DNA of 64,000 nucleotides from the human T2T-CHM13v2.0 reference genome, Homo sapiens. Numbering within the stretch: the first letter of the stretch is position 1; every line of letters starts with the position of its first letter. Positions 18,299 through 38,313 of the stretch are shown here, one piece after another. The notes under the pieces were generated by a model, which was not told the origin of the DNA, searched no databases, and saw only the letters and a list, made by a program, of their open reading frames with translations. The stretch lies in NCBI RefSeq assembly GCF_009914755.1, contig NC_060925.1. One strand, given 5' to 3'. Position numbers and translations under genes: made by a program.

Positions 18299-18845
18299 CT
18301 GCCAATCTTTTCTAATGATGGGAGGGAGTTGAGTATATTTAATGCATAGAAAGCACTCAGTTGAGAGGAAGAGTTAATTAACGCAGTAGGATTCCTGGGA
18401 GGGAAGGAGTATACAGGGTGGGAAACAGCAGGATGGAGCAGACCCTCCACTGCAGCAGGAGGAAAGAAGGCAAGGCATGTGCAGGTGTTAGTGGTTGATT
18501 TGCTTGGCATTGGAAGCTGAGGGACTGCCTGTCTGGTGGCTGTTATCTTCTCTGACAAGTAGGAAGCAAGGACCTCTGCTGAGAGTTGGGGATGGGAGGG
18601 GGTTTGGAGGCATGAGAAAAATGGAGAAGCTCTGGAATCATTATGGAAAGTGGGAAGAAGGTGGCCAGGGAAACCAAGAGGATTTCTGTGAGGAATGAAG
18701 ACATTTAATGGCTGGAGATCATGACTTTAAAGGAAGCCAGTTGGCCTGGTTCTCTGTCTCCCCCTACCAATACCACAGTGTCAGCTCCTTGGATACAGAT
18801 GGAGAGAAAGTATATAGCTGGCTTCATCCAGGGCTAGGGTGATCA

Positions 18846-19208
<363 letters not shown>

Positions 19209-19499
19209 ACTGTTATTGAATGAAAAACTGTGGAATGTAAGGTGGCTAGAGAAGTCAAGACAGGACAGAATGGATGATCTGGAAGGAAGCAAAGGACCAT
19301 GGCAATTGAGAAGAGTGAGCAGGGCTGGTGGGAACAGTTGAACCACAAAGCTGGAGGACGAGCTGGCTGAGCATGGGATGCTTGAGATAGTCTGGAGGGG
19401 AAGTGGTTATAAGTGATAAGTCCCAAGTAGGACGTGGCTGTGGATAGCTGAAGTAGAGGAGGGGTGAGGTTGTTGGAAATGGGGCCCCAAGGATCTGAG

Positions 19500-19543
19500 A
19501 GGCCAGTATGGCCAGGTCACCATCTGCGTGGTTGGTGATGTCA
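19500..19543 (-). promoter_or_regulatory. REN: Core of the renin renal (kidney) enhancer, ~11 kb upstream of REN
   Basis: Minus strand TGACATCA (CRE, 19536-19543), CAGATG (E-box, 19521-19526), TGACCT (19514-19519) and TGGCCT (19500-19505): the known CRE/E-box/nuclear-receptor module. Confidence 0.9.
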
Positions 19544-22176
19544 TCAGGAGGTTGCAGAGGGCAAGGGGTGGAGGAAGTCTGTAAATCAGGAGCCAAAGTC
19601 TTTGATAAATGACAGGGCGGGAACTGCTAGTCCAGTAATGACAGCAGGGAGTGTGTGGAGGGTCCAAGGCAAAAAAGCAGGGCCTGAAGGGAAGAGGGTC
19701 TTCTCCCAGTGTCCACATCAGCCTGGGAGGTGAGTGGATCAGTTTCCCCAACAGGAGGAAGCCAAGACCTAGGAGGTTAAGCAGTGTGTCATGATTTGCA
19801 GATGGTAAGTGGCAGAGTGGGGACTTGCATCTCTCCTGCACCATATCCTGTGTTGCTCATGGGTACAGTTGCTGGGCTTGAACCTGGGTGGGTGCCCTGC
19901 CCCAGAATCTCACTTCTCTCCACCTCGAGCTCGAGGGCCCCTGCGTTGCTGGAGGAGTGTCCATCATGAATCTCAGGAGAGTGCTTAAGAGTGATGCTGT
20001 CTCCTTTCCCACCATGACTGCAACCTGTCATAGCCAGCAAGGGTGACTGACCACCCACCCTTTCTCTCCCTCTGCTCTCAGCAAACCCTAGAGGAAAGGG
20101 AGCAAGGAGCAGGGAGAGAACAAGTTGGAGGACTGTCAGAGATGGGGTCAGCCTAGGGGCTGCAGCAGAATGTGAGTAACACCAGCCAACTTTCTTGAGC
20201 ATCTATGATGTGCTATGAGGTGATTTGAACACTACTGGATTTTGTTTTCTAGGCAGCCCTATGAAGTGGTAACTATCATCTGCACTGTTCAGATGAGGCC
20301 ACTGAGGCTGCAGAGAGCTTAGAGAAGGACAAGCTGAGGGCTTCACTTTGTGACTCCTTCTCTGTGGCTATGGGTGTCAGGAACAACTGGGAGAGCCAAT
20401 GGGATTCAAAAGAAGAATCTGTAGAGAGTGATCCAACCCCATAGAGCTTTTCTATGTGGAAAGGGGAGCTCTTCTAAGCCCCACGTCTAGTATAGTTTAG
20501 ACACCCAGTACAGTGCAGCAGAACCCTCACATCTATTTTTGATTAAGTTTCCGGACTCTTCAACAGCAAAGGCAGAGCCAGGAGGTCCAGAGCAGGCAAT
20601 GTGAAGCCCTGAGCTACCAGTAGATCTAGGTCCCCTGGGGACCCAGCACTCTCCAACCAAACATGTCCTCACTCCCACATCTATCCCCTGCCTCCCACCA
20701 TGTATGCAGCACCATGACCCCCATGTGGTCCTGAGCCCAGCAGTGCATACAAGTGAGACTATGAAGCATGAATAACCTCACCAGGAGAGAGAAGTGGAAC
20801 AATGACTCTGCTAACTCACTCTGAGGCTGCAAGCAAGTTGCAGACAAGATCTGCAGAGACCACAGGGCAGGCAAGGAAATCAACTTCTAAGAGGGTAACA
20901 GAGTCCAAAATGACAGCCTCTGTCTTATTTCTCCTGGTTTCCACCCCAGCGCACAGCCTGGGAGGGGAACAGTTGGAGGAGAGATCCCGAGATCAGAAAA
21001 TGGGCAACACAGCTAAGCACGACCATGCATGGTCTGGAGCTGGGACAGGCAAGGGGCCTGAAACCATGTCCTGAAGGTTGGCCAAAGGCCCTGGAGAAGC
21101 TTAGCTGGAAGAGAGAAGCCACACATGCGGCCCTGGAAGGAATCAGAACCAGCCCTATTTTCTGTGCCCACAATGCAGATCTGAGGCTCATGAGAAGTGG
21201 CGGGATGGGGAGAATCTGTTTGAGTTCCATTCTAAGGAGGAACTGTCCAGCGGTTCACACTGCCCAGCAGGGCAAGTGCCCTCTGAGGCGGTGAACTCCC
21301 CTACCTGGGGATAGTCCTGCCCAGGTGCTCAACTGTCAGGGAGCTCCCTGCCATGGACAGGGCCAGGCTGACTCTGTGCCTGTCCAGCTCTGGTGTGTCC
21401 TGACTGCCAGGTGGCCTGACCTGTAACTCTCCCATTTCTGCTGCACAGGTGGGGGAAAATACAGAAGGGGAGGTGAAGCTGCCAGGAGAGCCTCTCCTCC
21501 CCTCTGAACTTGGGCCTTCCCGAGTCCCAGGCTGGGGATGGAAAAGAGAGAGTATGAGGACCCTTATCAGGTCATCTTTTGACCCCCTTCTGCCCGGGGT
21601 CCAGTTCTTCTCACAAAGGCTCGCCAGGATGCTACGCAAAAGCCCTGGGCTGCGTCACCTCTCGCTCAGGGAAGTGGAGTGGGTGGGGGCAGAGGGAAGG
21701 GTCATATTGCCCCAGCCCTTTCCCAGCGGGGCAGGGCTGGGACGTGAGAACCAGGCAGGGGAAGCATAAATCCAGTCAGATCCCAGCCCTCTCATCTTAC
21801 TTCAGATCCCACAACCTCTGGAAATCTCTCAGGACATAAGTGGTGCTCAGGGTTTTTTCTTAAAAACCCCAAATCCCACTCTCCTCCATGATAATGAGCC
21901 CAGGGAGATTCAGGTGTTGAGACCAAGGCTGGAGTGGTCAGGGGAGGTCGAGGGTGGAGGGAGGGAAGTCTGGGTAGCATGAAGAGTCTGGTTTGTGCTG
22001 CTGCGAAACAGGCATGGATTTATTCTTGGTATCAGCAGTTTAGTAGAAAACTCTTATCATGGCCCCTGCCCAGGGGGTGGTGGTAAAGAGGTAGAACTTG
22101 GACTCACTGAGGCTTAGTGCTTGGGAGCTAATCATCTCTTGGCCAGTCCTGCTTCAATTCATTAAAAAGCAAATGG

Positions 22177-22472
22177 GGCTGGGCATGGTGGCTCATGCCT
22201 GTAATCCCAGCTACTCAGGAAGCCAAGGTGGGAGAATTGCATGAAGCCAGGAATTCAAGGCCAGCTTTGGTGACATAGAGAGCCCCTGTGTCTAAAACTA
22301 TTTTTAAAAAATTATCCAGGCATGGGGGCACACACTTGTAGTCCCAGCTAATTAGGAGGCTGAGGAGGAAGGATAGCTTGAGCCCAAGAGTTCGAGGCTG
22401 CAGTGAGCTGTGGCTGGGCCTCTGCGCTCCAGCTGTGTGACACAGCAAGACCTTGTCTCAAAACAAACAAAA
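22177..22472 (+). mobile_element. Alu (J-like)
   Basis: Alu consensus. Confidence 0.85.
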
Positions 22473-23195
22473 GCAAATGAGCAAGCAAGCGGTGAGATCA
22501 AATGGCCACGTCTCTCTTCCACCTGTCCTCCTTCCCTCATCATGCTTCACTCCCCATCGCTGGAGAACTCCAGCTGGCTCTGGAGGAATTTACCAATCAG
22601 ATGGGGCGCTGAACTCTACTAGTAGAGATGAGCAGCTGTGGCCTTGAGAGGAAAGAAAGACCCAGAATGGAGTTTTGTAACCGTCCAGTGCTGCCTTGTG
22701 TGGGCAGACTCTCCAGAAGGGATAATTACTCAGAGAGCTCTGGGCAAGGGATGGGCAGGAACGGAAGAACCTTGGGATGGAGGTGGGGTAGGGGTAGGAG
22801 TGAGGAGAACCAAGCATCCTTAGTTGTTTGTTCTGGGAACCTTAGAGGAACAGGTATTCAGCCATGGGGTTGGGTGATCCCAACCTGAGGCCTGTTTAAC
22901 TGGTGACCCAGGAAAATTGAAGGCAGGTTACACAGGTCTTGGGATCTGTAGGGGCCTGGGGCAGGAGGGGATTGGCATGGGGGATGGGGGCTTGGTGGGA
23001 TAGCCTGATTGAAGGGTGTTCCTAAAATGAGATGCACCCAATGTGGTGGAACCAGACATCAATACCCTGAGGCATGAAAGCTAGAAACATAGAAAAATGC
23101 TTTTCCTTAGTGGCACCAGGAGTCTGTTTTGTTATCGAACAAGGTTAAGCTGGAAGGCTCCTTTTCTAGAGGAGGATTTGACAGCACAGCAGTGG

Positions 23196-23231
23196 AGTGT
23201 GTGTGTGCGTGTGTGTGTGTGTGTGGTGTGT
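23196..23231. repeat. (GT)n microsatellite
   Basis: Seen directly in the sequence. Confidence 0.9.
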
Positions 23232-23336
23232 AGGGAGTGACAGAGGGGTGGTATAGTGCTAGGGGTTCGTGTGCTGAGTGTCACCAGCAGAAGCATAGCT
23301 GGGATGGAGGATGGCTGTTAGGGACAGGGGTTGTAC

Positions 23337-24466
<1,130 letters not shown>

Positions 24467-24519
24467 TAATTTTTATATTTTTTAGTAGAAGCAGAGTTTC
24501 ACCATGTTGGCCAGGCTGG

Positions 24520-29310
<4,791 letters not shown>

Positions 29311-32300
29311 GGGGCTTAGGGAGTGAGCAAACACAGATGTGTCCAAAGTGGTACTTTTTAACATTTTATGAAGGCAATATGCTGCAGGGTTAATTGTAAA
29401 GACTATTGGGCAGATATTAAAGGAATCATAAGAAAGCAAAACCTGAGAAGGTGATGAAAGTGGGGAGCTGTTTGTTGTGTCTTGGCTTCCCCAGTAACCA
29501 AAAGCAAACCTTGTCCCCAGGCTCCGCATTCTGCACCAAGCACGAAACCATGATAGGTTCTGATGTCTTTTAAAATGGAAGATGGAAAAACGGAAGAAGG
29601 CACAGGTGAGGAAGGGCACACTGTTTGGACTTGACATCCTTCCCCTCCCTGTGACCAATTCTAGACCTGGGAAGCTGCTGGCAGAGAGAGAAGGCAGGCA
29701 GGGGCAAGAGCAGATGCCTGGCCCCTGGCATGTGGTCTGAGAAGAGGAGACCTGCCCTGGGGATTGGTGACTTGTCTGTATTGTCACTAGTGTTGTGGAG
29801 AGGCACTGCAGATGGGTTGGATAGAGTGACATTGCCTGCCAGACTGCTTCCCAAGACAAATCATTCAGGAAAAGGGTTGGGTTTGCTACCTGGCAGTGCT
29901 TTCTTAAGTGGCATAGGGGCTACAGAAGAAGGAAAGGCTACAGTATGTAGGAAGCTTATGGTGTTTGCAATTAGAATGTGGGAGTCTGACTCTTGGCTCT
30001 ACGACTTTACAACTGCTTGAGCACACTACTTAAACCTCTTCAAGCCTCAGTTTTTTCTTCTATACAATGAGGATTGTACTCCCACCTCATGCAGTTGTCA
30101 GGATAAAATGAGGTAGGCCTGTGCTTGGCATGCTGCAGGTACTCAAAAATGGCTCATGAATGTGATAAGAACGATACTAGAGGCAGAAATCTCCCTGCAT
30201 CCCTCTCACCCCTGCCCCCTAATTCCTAGCCCACATCTATTGTAAATGACTTACCAAACGGGATGGAGCCTGGGAAGAGATCCTCCCACTTCCAATCACA
30301 AGGGATGCCAGGCCCTGCTGATTTCTCCCCTTTGGGCACTGTCCAGAGACCCCAGGAAGAAGTAGGTTCGAGTGCCTGCAGGCAGCCCTACCTCCAAGTG
30401 TTTGGGCTCTGGTGCCCCACTCTCTGAGCCCACCCAGAAAGGCTGGAGGGAGGGAAGGGAATCCCTGGGGCTCTTCACAGCCTCCAATCTCCTCCTCTCC
30501 TTCCCTTCCATCTGGATAGCAGGCTCACAGGCTGGGAGCCACATGAAATCAGAAATCCCTTTTGTTCCACAGAGACTCCCCATATTTTCCCAAGACACGA
30601 GGCCAAGAACTGCAAAGCCCAGAGTCTCAAAGGTAGCAGTTCAGGCTGCTAGAAGCATGGGATGGGCATTCAACCCCCTTCTAGCTGTCTGCTGAAGCAG
30701 GGCCTCTGGTCAGCTAGACGAGAGATCTTGGGGGACCCTCGGGTTGCAGCAGTGCTGACAAGGACTGGAAGATGGTTAGAGGAACCCACACTATACACAA
30801 GGTCACACAGGCATGTGCATATGAACTTCATGCAGTTTCTTATATTGACCCCCCTCATACATGCCCTCTCACACACACCCCAGCTTCTCACACCAGAGAA
30901 CACATTTCACTCTCCCGCACTTGAAGCGGCACACACACTCCTCCCATCTGCCCAAGCTTAAGCTTGTGAGGAAGAGTAAATGGGGTCACAGGAAGTTTTG
31001 TAAAAATTCAGAGCAGAATTCAGGAAACCATCAGCTTCTTCCTGCCCATCATCAGATAAAGGATTGCTTCCAGGGGCTAGGAGAACAGCATGCTTAATAG
31101 AATAGGTCTTGAGTTGATGATTGCCCTCCTAGAGGTACAGAGACACACCCCAGAGTGTTTAGGAATAAAAAGCCCTTCTAAATATCAACATCATGCTGTC
31201 ATGATGCGTGATGATGTGAGCTCACAGCAGTATCGATAATTTGGGAGATCCTGGAGAGCTGTTTCAAGGGTAGAGATGGGGGAGCATGTTGTCATGTTCC
31301 CATGACAGCCTATCTCATTGCCATAGCAACACAGCTCTGCCTCCATCCTGTGGAGTCCTGGTTTCCGTAGTGGGTGGAACACTGTGTCACTTCACTGTAT
31401 GGAGACGGGTCCTACGATCCCTCTGGGAAAGAACATTTTCATCCTAGACTGTGCAGTATAGGGGTACCCCGAGGCTAAGTAGTGCTGTGTTTTCTTGTCG
31501 GCAGGAGGGTGGATTTCCTGGGGTTTTCCCACTGACGAGCTCTACTTCTTCCTACCACAATTTCTACTCCCCAGCTATTGCACCCCAAAGTAAGTCCCCA
31601 TGAGGCAGGCTACGCTTTCTTGATCTGCACCTGGCTGACTCAGATGGAAACCCTGCCATGGCAGAGAGGCATGACAGGTCAGTGGGGAAGACAGGCTCTG
31701 GTATCAGGAGACCTATTAGGCTTGGAGCTCATTGCCGATGTGTCTGGAGCGAGTGGTTTATCCTTCTTGACTTTAGGGTTCTACCTGTAAAGATGGGGCT
31801 AATGCATTCCCATCACCCTGGGTAGTTATGAGGATGAAGGAAAGCAATATGTGTAAAGACCCAACCTGGCTCCCTGGAGGGAAGGGGGAAGAGTGAGTGG
31901 CTGGTCCACTGTTGATGCCCTTTGCATCCCAGACCCCAGCAGGGGTCTGACTGTGGGGCTCAGATGATATTTAAGCCTCAATGGACAGGGCAGTGATTGG
32001 CATCATCTTCCAGATCAAGCTGCCCAACTTCCGTGGGAAAGGGAAAGGTACTTAATCAGTCCATCTCCCCCATGCCTCCCTTATCCCCCAGTACTACTCA
32101 AAGTGTGGGCAGTGAGCCATGACCCTCTGCAAAATGTCACCCATCCTCAGGGAGATAAGTCTGGGCATTCTGAGGACATCTCCAGAAATTTTTATAGAAA
32201 TTTGATATCGCTGAAACATTCCAGCAGCATACAGTTTGGTCTTCTCTTTTGTTGTTTTTAAATTTTTCAGATTTTCAGTGATCCATTTTAATTTTTTTTT

Positions 32301-32503
32301 TTAAGTACCAATCTGCAATGGATTGGAGAACTAACCGCCTGTTCCTTCATTACACCTAGTGTGAGAAGCACTGACCTTAATGACACCAGAGGCCTCTTGA
32401 AATCAGCTAACCATCCATTGAGGATGGAAGGGGAACAGCCTCATCAGAGCTGCTTGCAAAAATGAGCCGCAGACCACACGTCAGTGAGTTACGCAACATT
32501 TCT

Positions 32504-32509
32504 TTTATT
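32504..32509 (-). terminator. KISS1: KISS1 polyadenylation signal
   Basis: AATAAA ~120 nt after the stop codon, with GT-rich sequence downstream. Confidence 0.85.
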
Positions 32510-32627
32510 GCCTCGGGTTGGAAGCTCCAGCGCCCCCTCCCTTAGCCCTACGTCCCCGCCCCCCGCCCCCGCCCCGCATGCTCTGACTCCTTTGGGGTCT
32601 GAAGTTCACTGCCCCGCACCTGCGCCC

Positions 32628-32941
32628 TCAGCCCCGCCCAGCGCTTCTGCCGTGGTTCCCTGGTGCCGCCTCCCGCTTGCCGAAGCGCAGGCCGAAGGAG
32701 TTCCAGTTGTAGTTCGGCAGGTCCTTCTCCCGCTGCACCAGCACCGCGCCCTGGGGTGCGGGGATCTGGCGGCTGTGGGGGGCGGACAGGCCCGGCTGCT
32801 GGGGGCTCCCGGAGCTCTCGGGGGGCGGGGACAGCGAGGTCCCCCGACGGCTCAGCCTGGCAGTAGCAGCTGGCTTCCTCTCGGTGCACGGCAGGCTCTG
32901 CTCCCCGGGGGCCAGGAGGCCCAGGGATTCTAGCTGCTGGC
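32628..32941 (-). CDS. KISS1: KISS1 exon 3 coding part (kisspeptin-54 at 32682-32843; kisspeptin-10 at 32682-32711)
   Basis: ...SRR|[16 protein letters not shown]...[10 protein letters not shown]|GKR amidation/cleavage signal; 103+314=417 nt, 138 aa. Confidence 0.98.
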
Positions 32942-34917
32942 CTAGGACAGAGGGCACAGAAAGATGAGGCCGGGGTCCGGGAAAGATGGCTTTGCAACAC
33001 CTCCTGTCATCCCATCCTATCCTTCTTTTCCTTCCTTGACCTTTTGGAAGCTCGGAGCTCAGTGCCATGCGAACCAGCACGATCACCTTAGCTGGGATGA
33101 TTAGGCCCTAGGCGCCTCCCTCTTCCAACATAGCTTTGATTTAGAATGTTTGCCAGAATTATCTTAAATAACTCTCATATTACGTTACTTCCTTTTAGGA
33201 AACAAACAGGGTAGGGCATGGAAATAAAGAAAACCAAAGTATTTGCTGAACACCCAGCTCTGGGCCCCTTCCTGGCTGTGAGCAGCCTGGGCAGTGGGGC
33301 CATGTTAATTCATCTCTGTATCTCTCATAGTGCTTGAAACAGTGGCTTGCTCATAGTGGGGCCTCAATAAATGCCTGTTAAATACATAAAAGCTAAAAAC
33401 GTGTAGTAACAGAAATCGAGAAAGTGGAGCTAAGACATTGTGGCCCCACACACCTGTGTTCCAACACTCGTCTTTGATAAGAATTGTGACCACCCACCCC
33501 CCCAACCCCGCCCAATAAGCTACATAAGGACTCAATGAGAAACAAAAATTATCTAGGTCACCTTAACTGGCTCTCTTCCTCCATCCTGGGTATAACTTCT
33601 CTCCTTCATTCTGAGGATTAACAAGGCTAATTTGGAAGGCACTTCACATGCAAGGCTCATTAAGTTCACTGTACTTTTTGGCTGTAAAATAGGGCAACTA
33701 GCTCTGTGTAGACAATAACCCCAGCCCATTGCGGCAAGAGATTAGTGGAAATGAGGCCTGGTGTGTGAATGGGTGTGAATAGATGTGCTGGGGCGGCAGT
33801 TGGCTTTGAGCCCTGCTCCTCCGTGCCCTGGCACAGTCTGGAAAAGAGGAGTGTGGACCTGGTCCAGAGTTAATGGCAGTCGCCTGCGAGGTCCCTCAGC
33901 CCTTGCCCAGGGCCTGGCTGAGGTAGGAGGAGGATGGCTTCCTCCCCAGTTGCGCACGCTAGACCAGTAGTAAATCACTGTTCAGGCTGCTGTTGGTGAC
34001 CTCACCTAAAGCCTTTTGCCAAAAAGAGCCAACAACCCTATATCCCTGGGCAGTGTGGGGTTATTTTCTGGGGTAGCCTCCCTCACCCAGAAAAACGCCT
34101 GATCCCAGGACAGAAGACACGCTTGGCAAACGACACCCGGGGCCGTGTCCTCTGTGCTCTGGAAGGTCTTATGGGCATATACGATGACATCAAATGTGTA
34201 GAGGGCATGCCCCAAGTTTTATAGCTGGGGGAACTCAGGTCCAGAGAAGCTAAGTCATGGGTTCTAGTTTGCCCAGAAAGCTGACACCAGGAAGTGTGCC
34301 AAGCCACAGCTCCTGACTTGGGGACTAGTATTGTTCTAGCTTGTGCCACTCACCAGACACACTCCTGGGGAGCTCTGACACCTGCTGGGTTTCCACAGTG
34401 TTTGAGCGACTCTGGGGAAATCTCTTTACCTCTGTGGGTCTCAAATTTTCCAGCTTATCAGTTCCCCAATGAACTGGAGACAGTTCATTGTCTCCAAAAG
34501 GTTAATAGGTATCAAATATCTGCCCTTTGGTTTAGGTTTTTTTTTTTTTCCAAATTCTCCACAAAGAATCTGAGGTCACCGATAAAGCAAGGTTGCATAT
34601 GAAGTTTCTTCTCAACATCGGCACAGAGAGGTTGCTGACGTAGAGCAGAGAACACAGTGTGAGGAAACCATGAAAGAGCTCAAGGGTTAATAAGCCCTGG
34701 AACCTAGGTGGGCGGACTGAGGCCATCACAGAGGCAAGGCATCCGTCACTTGCAGGGTTAACAGGACCCCCTCAATGAGTTGCATGTGTGCCAGTCTTAG
34801 ATTTCCACCAAATGCAATGTTAAACTCACACCAGTCGACTAGATGGAAAATACGGGAAAGCTCATTTTGCAACAACCCACTTGCTCCCTCCCACTCCTTT
34901 CCCCAGAGGATACATAC

Positions 34918-35020
34918 CTGTGGGTCTAGAATTCCCCACAGAGGCCACCTTTTCTAATGGCTCCCCAAAGTGGGTGGCACAGAGGAAAAGCAGTAGCTGC
35001 CAAGAAACCAGTGAGTTCAT
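34918..35020 (-). CDS. KISS1: KISS1 exon 2 coding part (signal peptide); exon acceptor at 35058
   Basis: [34 protein letters not shown](G); donor G|gtatgt; 103 nt. Confidence 0.97.
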
Positions 35021-37276
35021 CTTGGTGAGAAGAGGCAGGTCCTAGAAGTGCCTTGAGGCTGAGACAGAGAGAGGGAACAAAGACTAGGTCAGGCACAGGA
35101 TCTGGGCTGGGTGCTGAGGGCAGAGCCCAGTGCAAAAGGGACAGTCCTCCAAGAGAGGGGCAAGTTCTTGCCTTTGGAGGCTCCTGGTAGAGGGATGAGT
35201 CTAAACAAATATATCAGTGAAATGGGATTGAGACTCTTTACACAGTGTAGTTAAAGCTGAATTCATGCTAGGTGAGGGTCATCAGGGAGGGCTTCCTGGA
35301 GGAGGTGAGGACAGTAAAGTTAGGAAAAAAGGAAAGACCCAATTTGGTGGAAGGGGCAGGACTGCTTGGGTCAGAGAATGGCCAGGATTCTGAATCTCAG
35401 GGTTGCTTGAGAGGAATGTTTGAGAAAGGTGGGGTGAGATGCCATATATAGGAGTGACTGGGGAGGGGTGAAGTAGGGCAAGGACTTCAGGGCACTGAGT
35501 GGGGAACTTTGAGGTTCCAATATTCTCTCGGGAGCCTGGCAACAGGCACTTCTTCCTTCCATGGTGGGTTCTGCACAAATCCACAACTTTCTGTGTTCCA
35601 CTCTCCCCATCCATACGCTTGAGTCTGACCTTGTTCTCTCCTGCTGTAAGAGAAACTTATTTCTTTTTCTTTTATAAGGAAAAAGAAAGAAAGAGGCAAT
35701 CATCTTGCTCTCTCTCATAGCCCTTCACAGCCTTGAAGACGGTCATTAAATTGTCTTATTGCCTATCATTCATGGAAAAGAAAAACCTTTCCTTGATTTA
35801 TCAGGTCAGTTATCTCCATAGTCTATTCTTTGTGGACTCTAAGAGGCTATGAATTGAATTGGCCTCATCATTTTGGCTGCTGAGATGGGAGCCGTGTGCC
35901 CTGATCCTCACACCATTTCCCATCACCCTGCCTTGCTCTGCCCCACCGACACCCCACATACCCCACCCTACCTCTTCCGGCTCCCAAATCTAATTTCTTT
36001 TTGAAAAAGTCACCAGACACTTTGAGACTGTCCAACAAACACGATTAAAGACAAAAGGCTGGGGAGGCAGGAGCAATGCCAGCTGAGCAAAAAGATTGTC
36101 CTGGCCTGACCCACAGCCTGGAGCCGCTCTCCCTGGGGAAGGGGGACTGGGGGATGAGAACCTTTTGTGCCCATCAGCTCCTAATGGTGGCTCAGGCCCA
36201 TGCATCTCTCTGCTCTTGCACCCACACCCCCACCCCCCATTCCTCACCCAGCTCCCTGCAGGACTCAGGCATGGAGTAAAGAGTAAGAACCCTGAAATGG
36301 AATGAGGAGTACTTGAATCTTGCCCCAGCTCTGCTTTCATTCCCTGTGAAATGTGAGCAAGTCACCCCCATCTCCAGACCTCATTGGTCCATCTATAAAA
36401 TAAGAACCCTGGATCAGATTGGCCACCAGCCACCTGCTCAGAAGTTTACTTATCCTTGCAGACTTTGATACTGTGACAAGTTGAAACCCAGACCACAGCT
36501 TTCTGCATTTACCTTAAGGCCCAGGGCTGGGGCACGGAGTAGAGGTAGGATTAATCCATTGGAGAGAATAGTGTAAAAGCATTTCAGACCGTGGATGCAC
36601 AGGGTCTGGGTTGATTTGGAAATCACTCCTTGAGCACCGACTAGGTGCTGGTGCTGTGCTAGGTGCTAGGGGTGCACAGGTGTGCTAAGACAGAGTTGCT
36701 GCCCCCAAGATCTCAAGTCTAGCATGAGAAATTAACTCATCAGCAGATCATTTCAAAATAACACTGTAAATGACATACCGGATGCATGTGAATCCACAAG
36801 GGGATATGGGAGTCCAGGGGAACCCAACCTAGGAGGACCAGGCAGATTTTTGGCAGGGGGTGGCACTTGAGCTGTTTCTGAGCATGAATCGCTGAAAGGT
36901 TTACAGAAAGTGTTCCCAGGACGGTGCTAAGGCGCTGAAGCAAGGGCAGGGGCTGAGTGCAAAGGGAACTTCAGGCCCTCTAGCTAGACAAGAGGATGGA
37001 GCTTTGCATGGAGAGAAAGCTAGTGACAAGGCTGGGGGAAGGGGCCCTGCAGGGGCTTCATCCTGGAGGGGTCTGAGCCAGACAGGAATGTGGGTAGATG
37101 TACATTTCCGGTTCTCTGTGCGGAAGCAGGGTGGTGGGCCAGGAAGGAGGGCAGTGGGCTTGTGTGGTTGGAGGGTGGTACTCTTTCTTCCGGCTCCCCT
37201 TTCCCCCCGAGTGCCTCCTTCCCACTGTGGATGGCACTTACCATGTGCGCCATGGGACAACTCTGCCTGACCCCAG

Positions 37277-38313
37277 CACACACACACACACCCCCCACAC
37301 CACACACATACACCACACACACCACACATGCACACACACACCACACACATATATACGCACACACCCATACACACACATCATACACACACACACCACACAC
37401 ATATATACGCACACACCCATACACACACACACCACACACACCACACATGCACACCACACACATATACACACATACACCCATACACACACATCATACACAC
37501 ACACACCACACACATACACCACACACACCACACATGCACACACACCACACACATATATACGCATACACCCATACACACATCATACACACACCACACACAC
37601 CACACATGCACACCACACACATACACGCATACACCCATACACACACATCATACACACACACACCACACACACCACACACATATACGCATACACCCATACA
37701 CACACATCATACACACACATACACCACACACACCACACACGCACACCACACACATATACACACATACACCCATGCACACACATCATACACACACAAACCA
37801 CACATACCACACACATACACCACACACATATACACGCATACACCCATACACACACATCATACACACACACATACACCACACACACCACACACATACACCC
37901 ATACACACACATACACATATGCCACACACACCACACACGCATACACACCACACACATATACACACATACACCTATACACACACATCATGCACACACACCA
38001 CACACGCACACACACCACACACACATATACACACATACACCCATACACACAACATACACACACACATACACACATCCATACATACACATCATACACACAC
38101 ATACACCACACATACCACACATGCACACACACCACACAGATATATACCCATACACCCGTACACATACACTACACACCACAGATGCACACACACGCCACAC
38201 ACATATACACACATACACCCATACACGTACATCATACACACACATACACCACATACACCACACATGCGCACACACATCACACACATATACACACATACAC
38301 CCATACACACATA

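Noticed and set aside
19923-19940. 14-bp palindrome cctcgagctcgagg followed by gggccc, resembling a polylinker
   Set aside because: A few 14-bp palindromes are expected by chance in 64 kb (4^-7 per position); no other vector sequence nearby
32484-33000. Alternative-frame (150 aa) and antisense (149 aa) ORFs over KISS1 exon 3
   Set aside because: Expected in very GC-rich sequence; they have non-ATG or intronic starts and no recognisable homology
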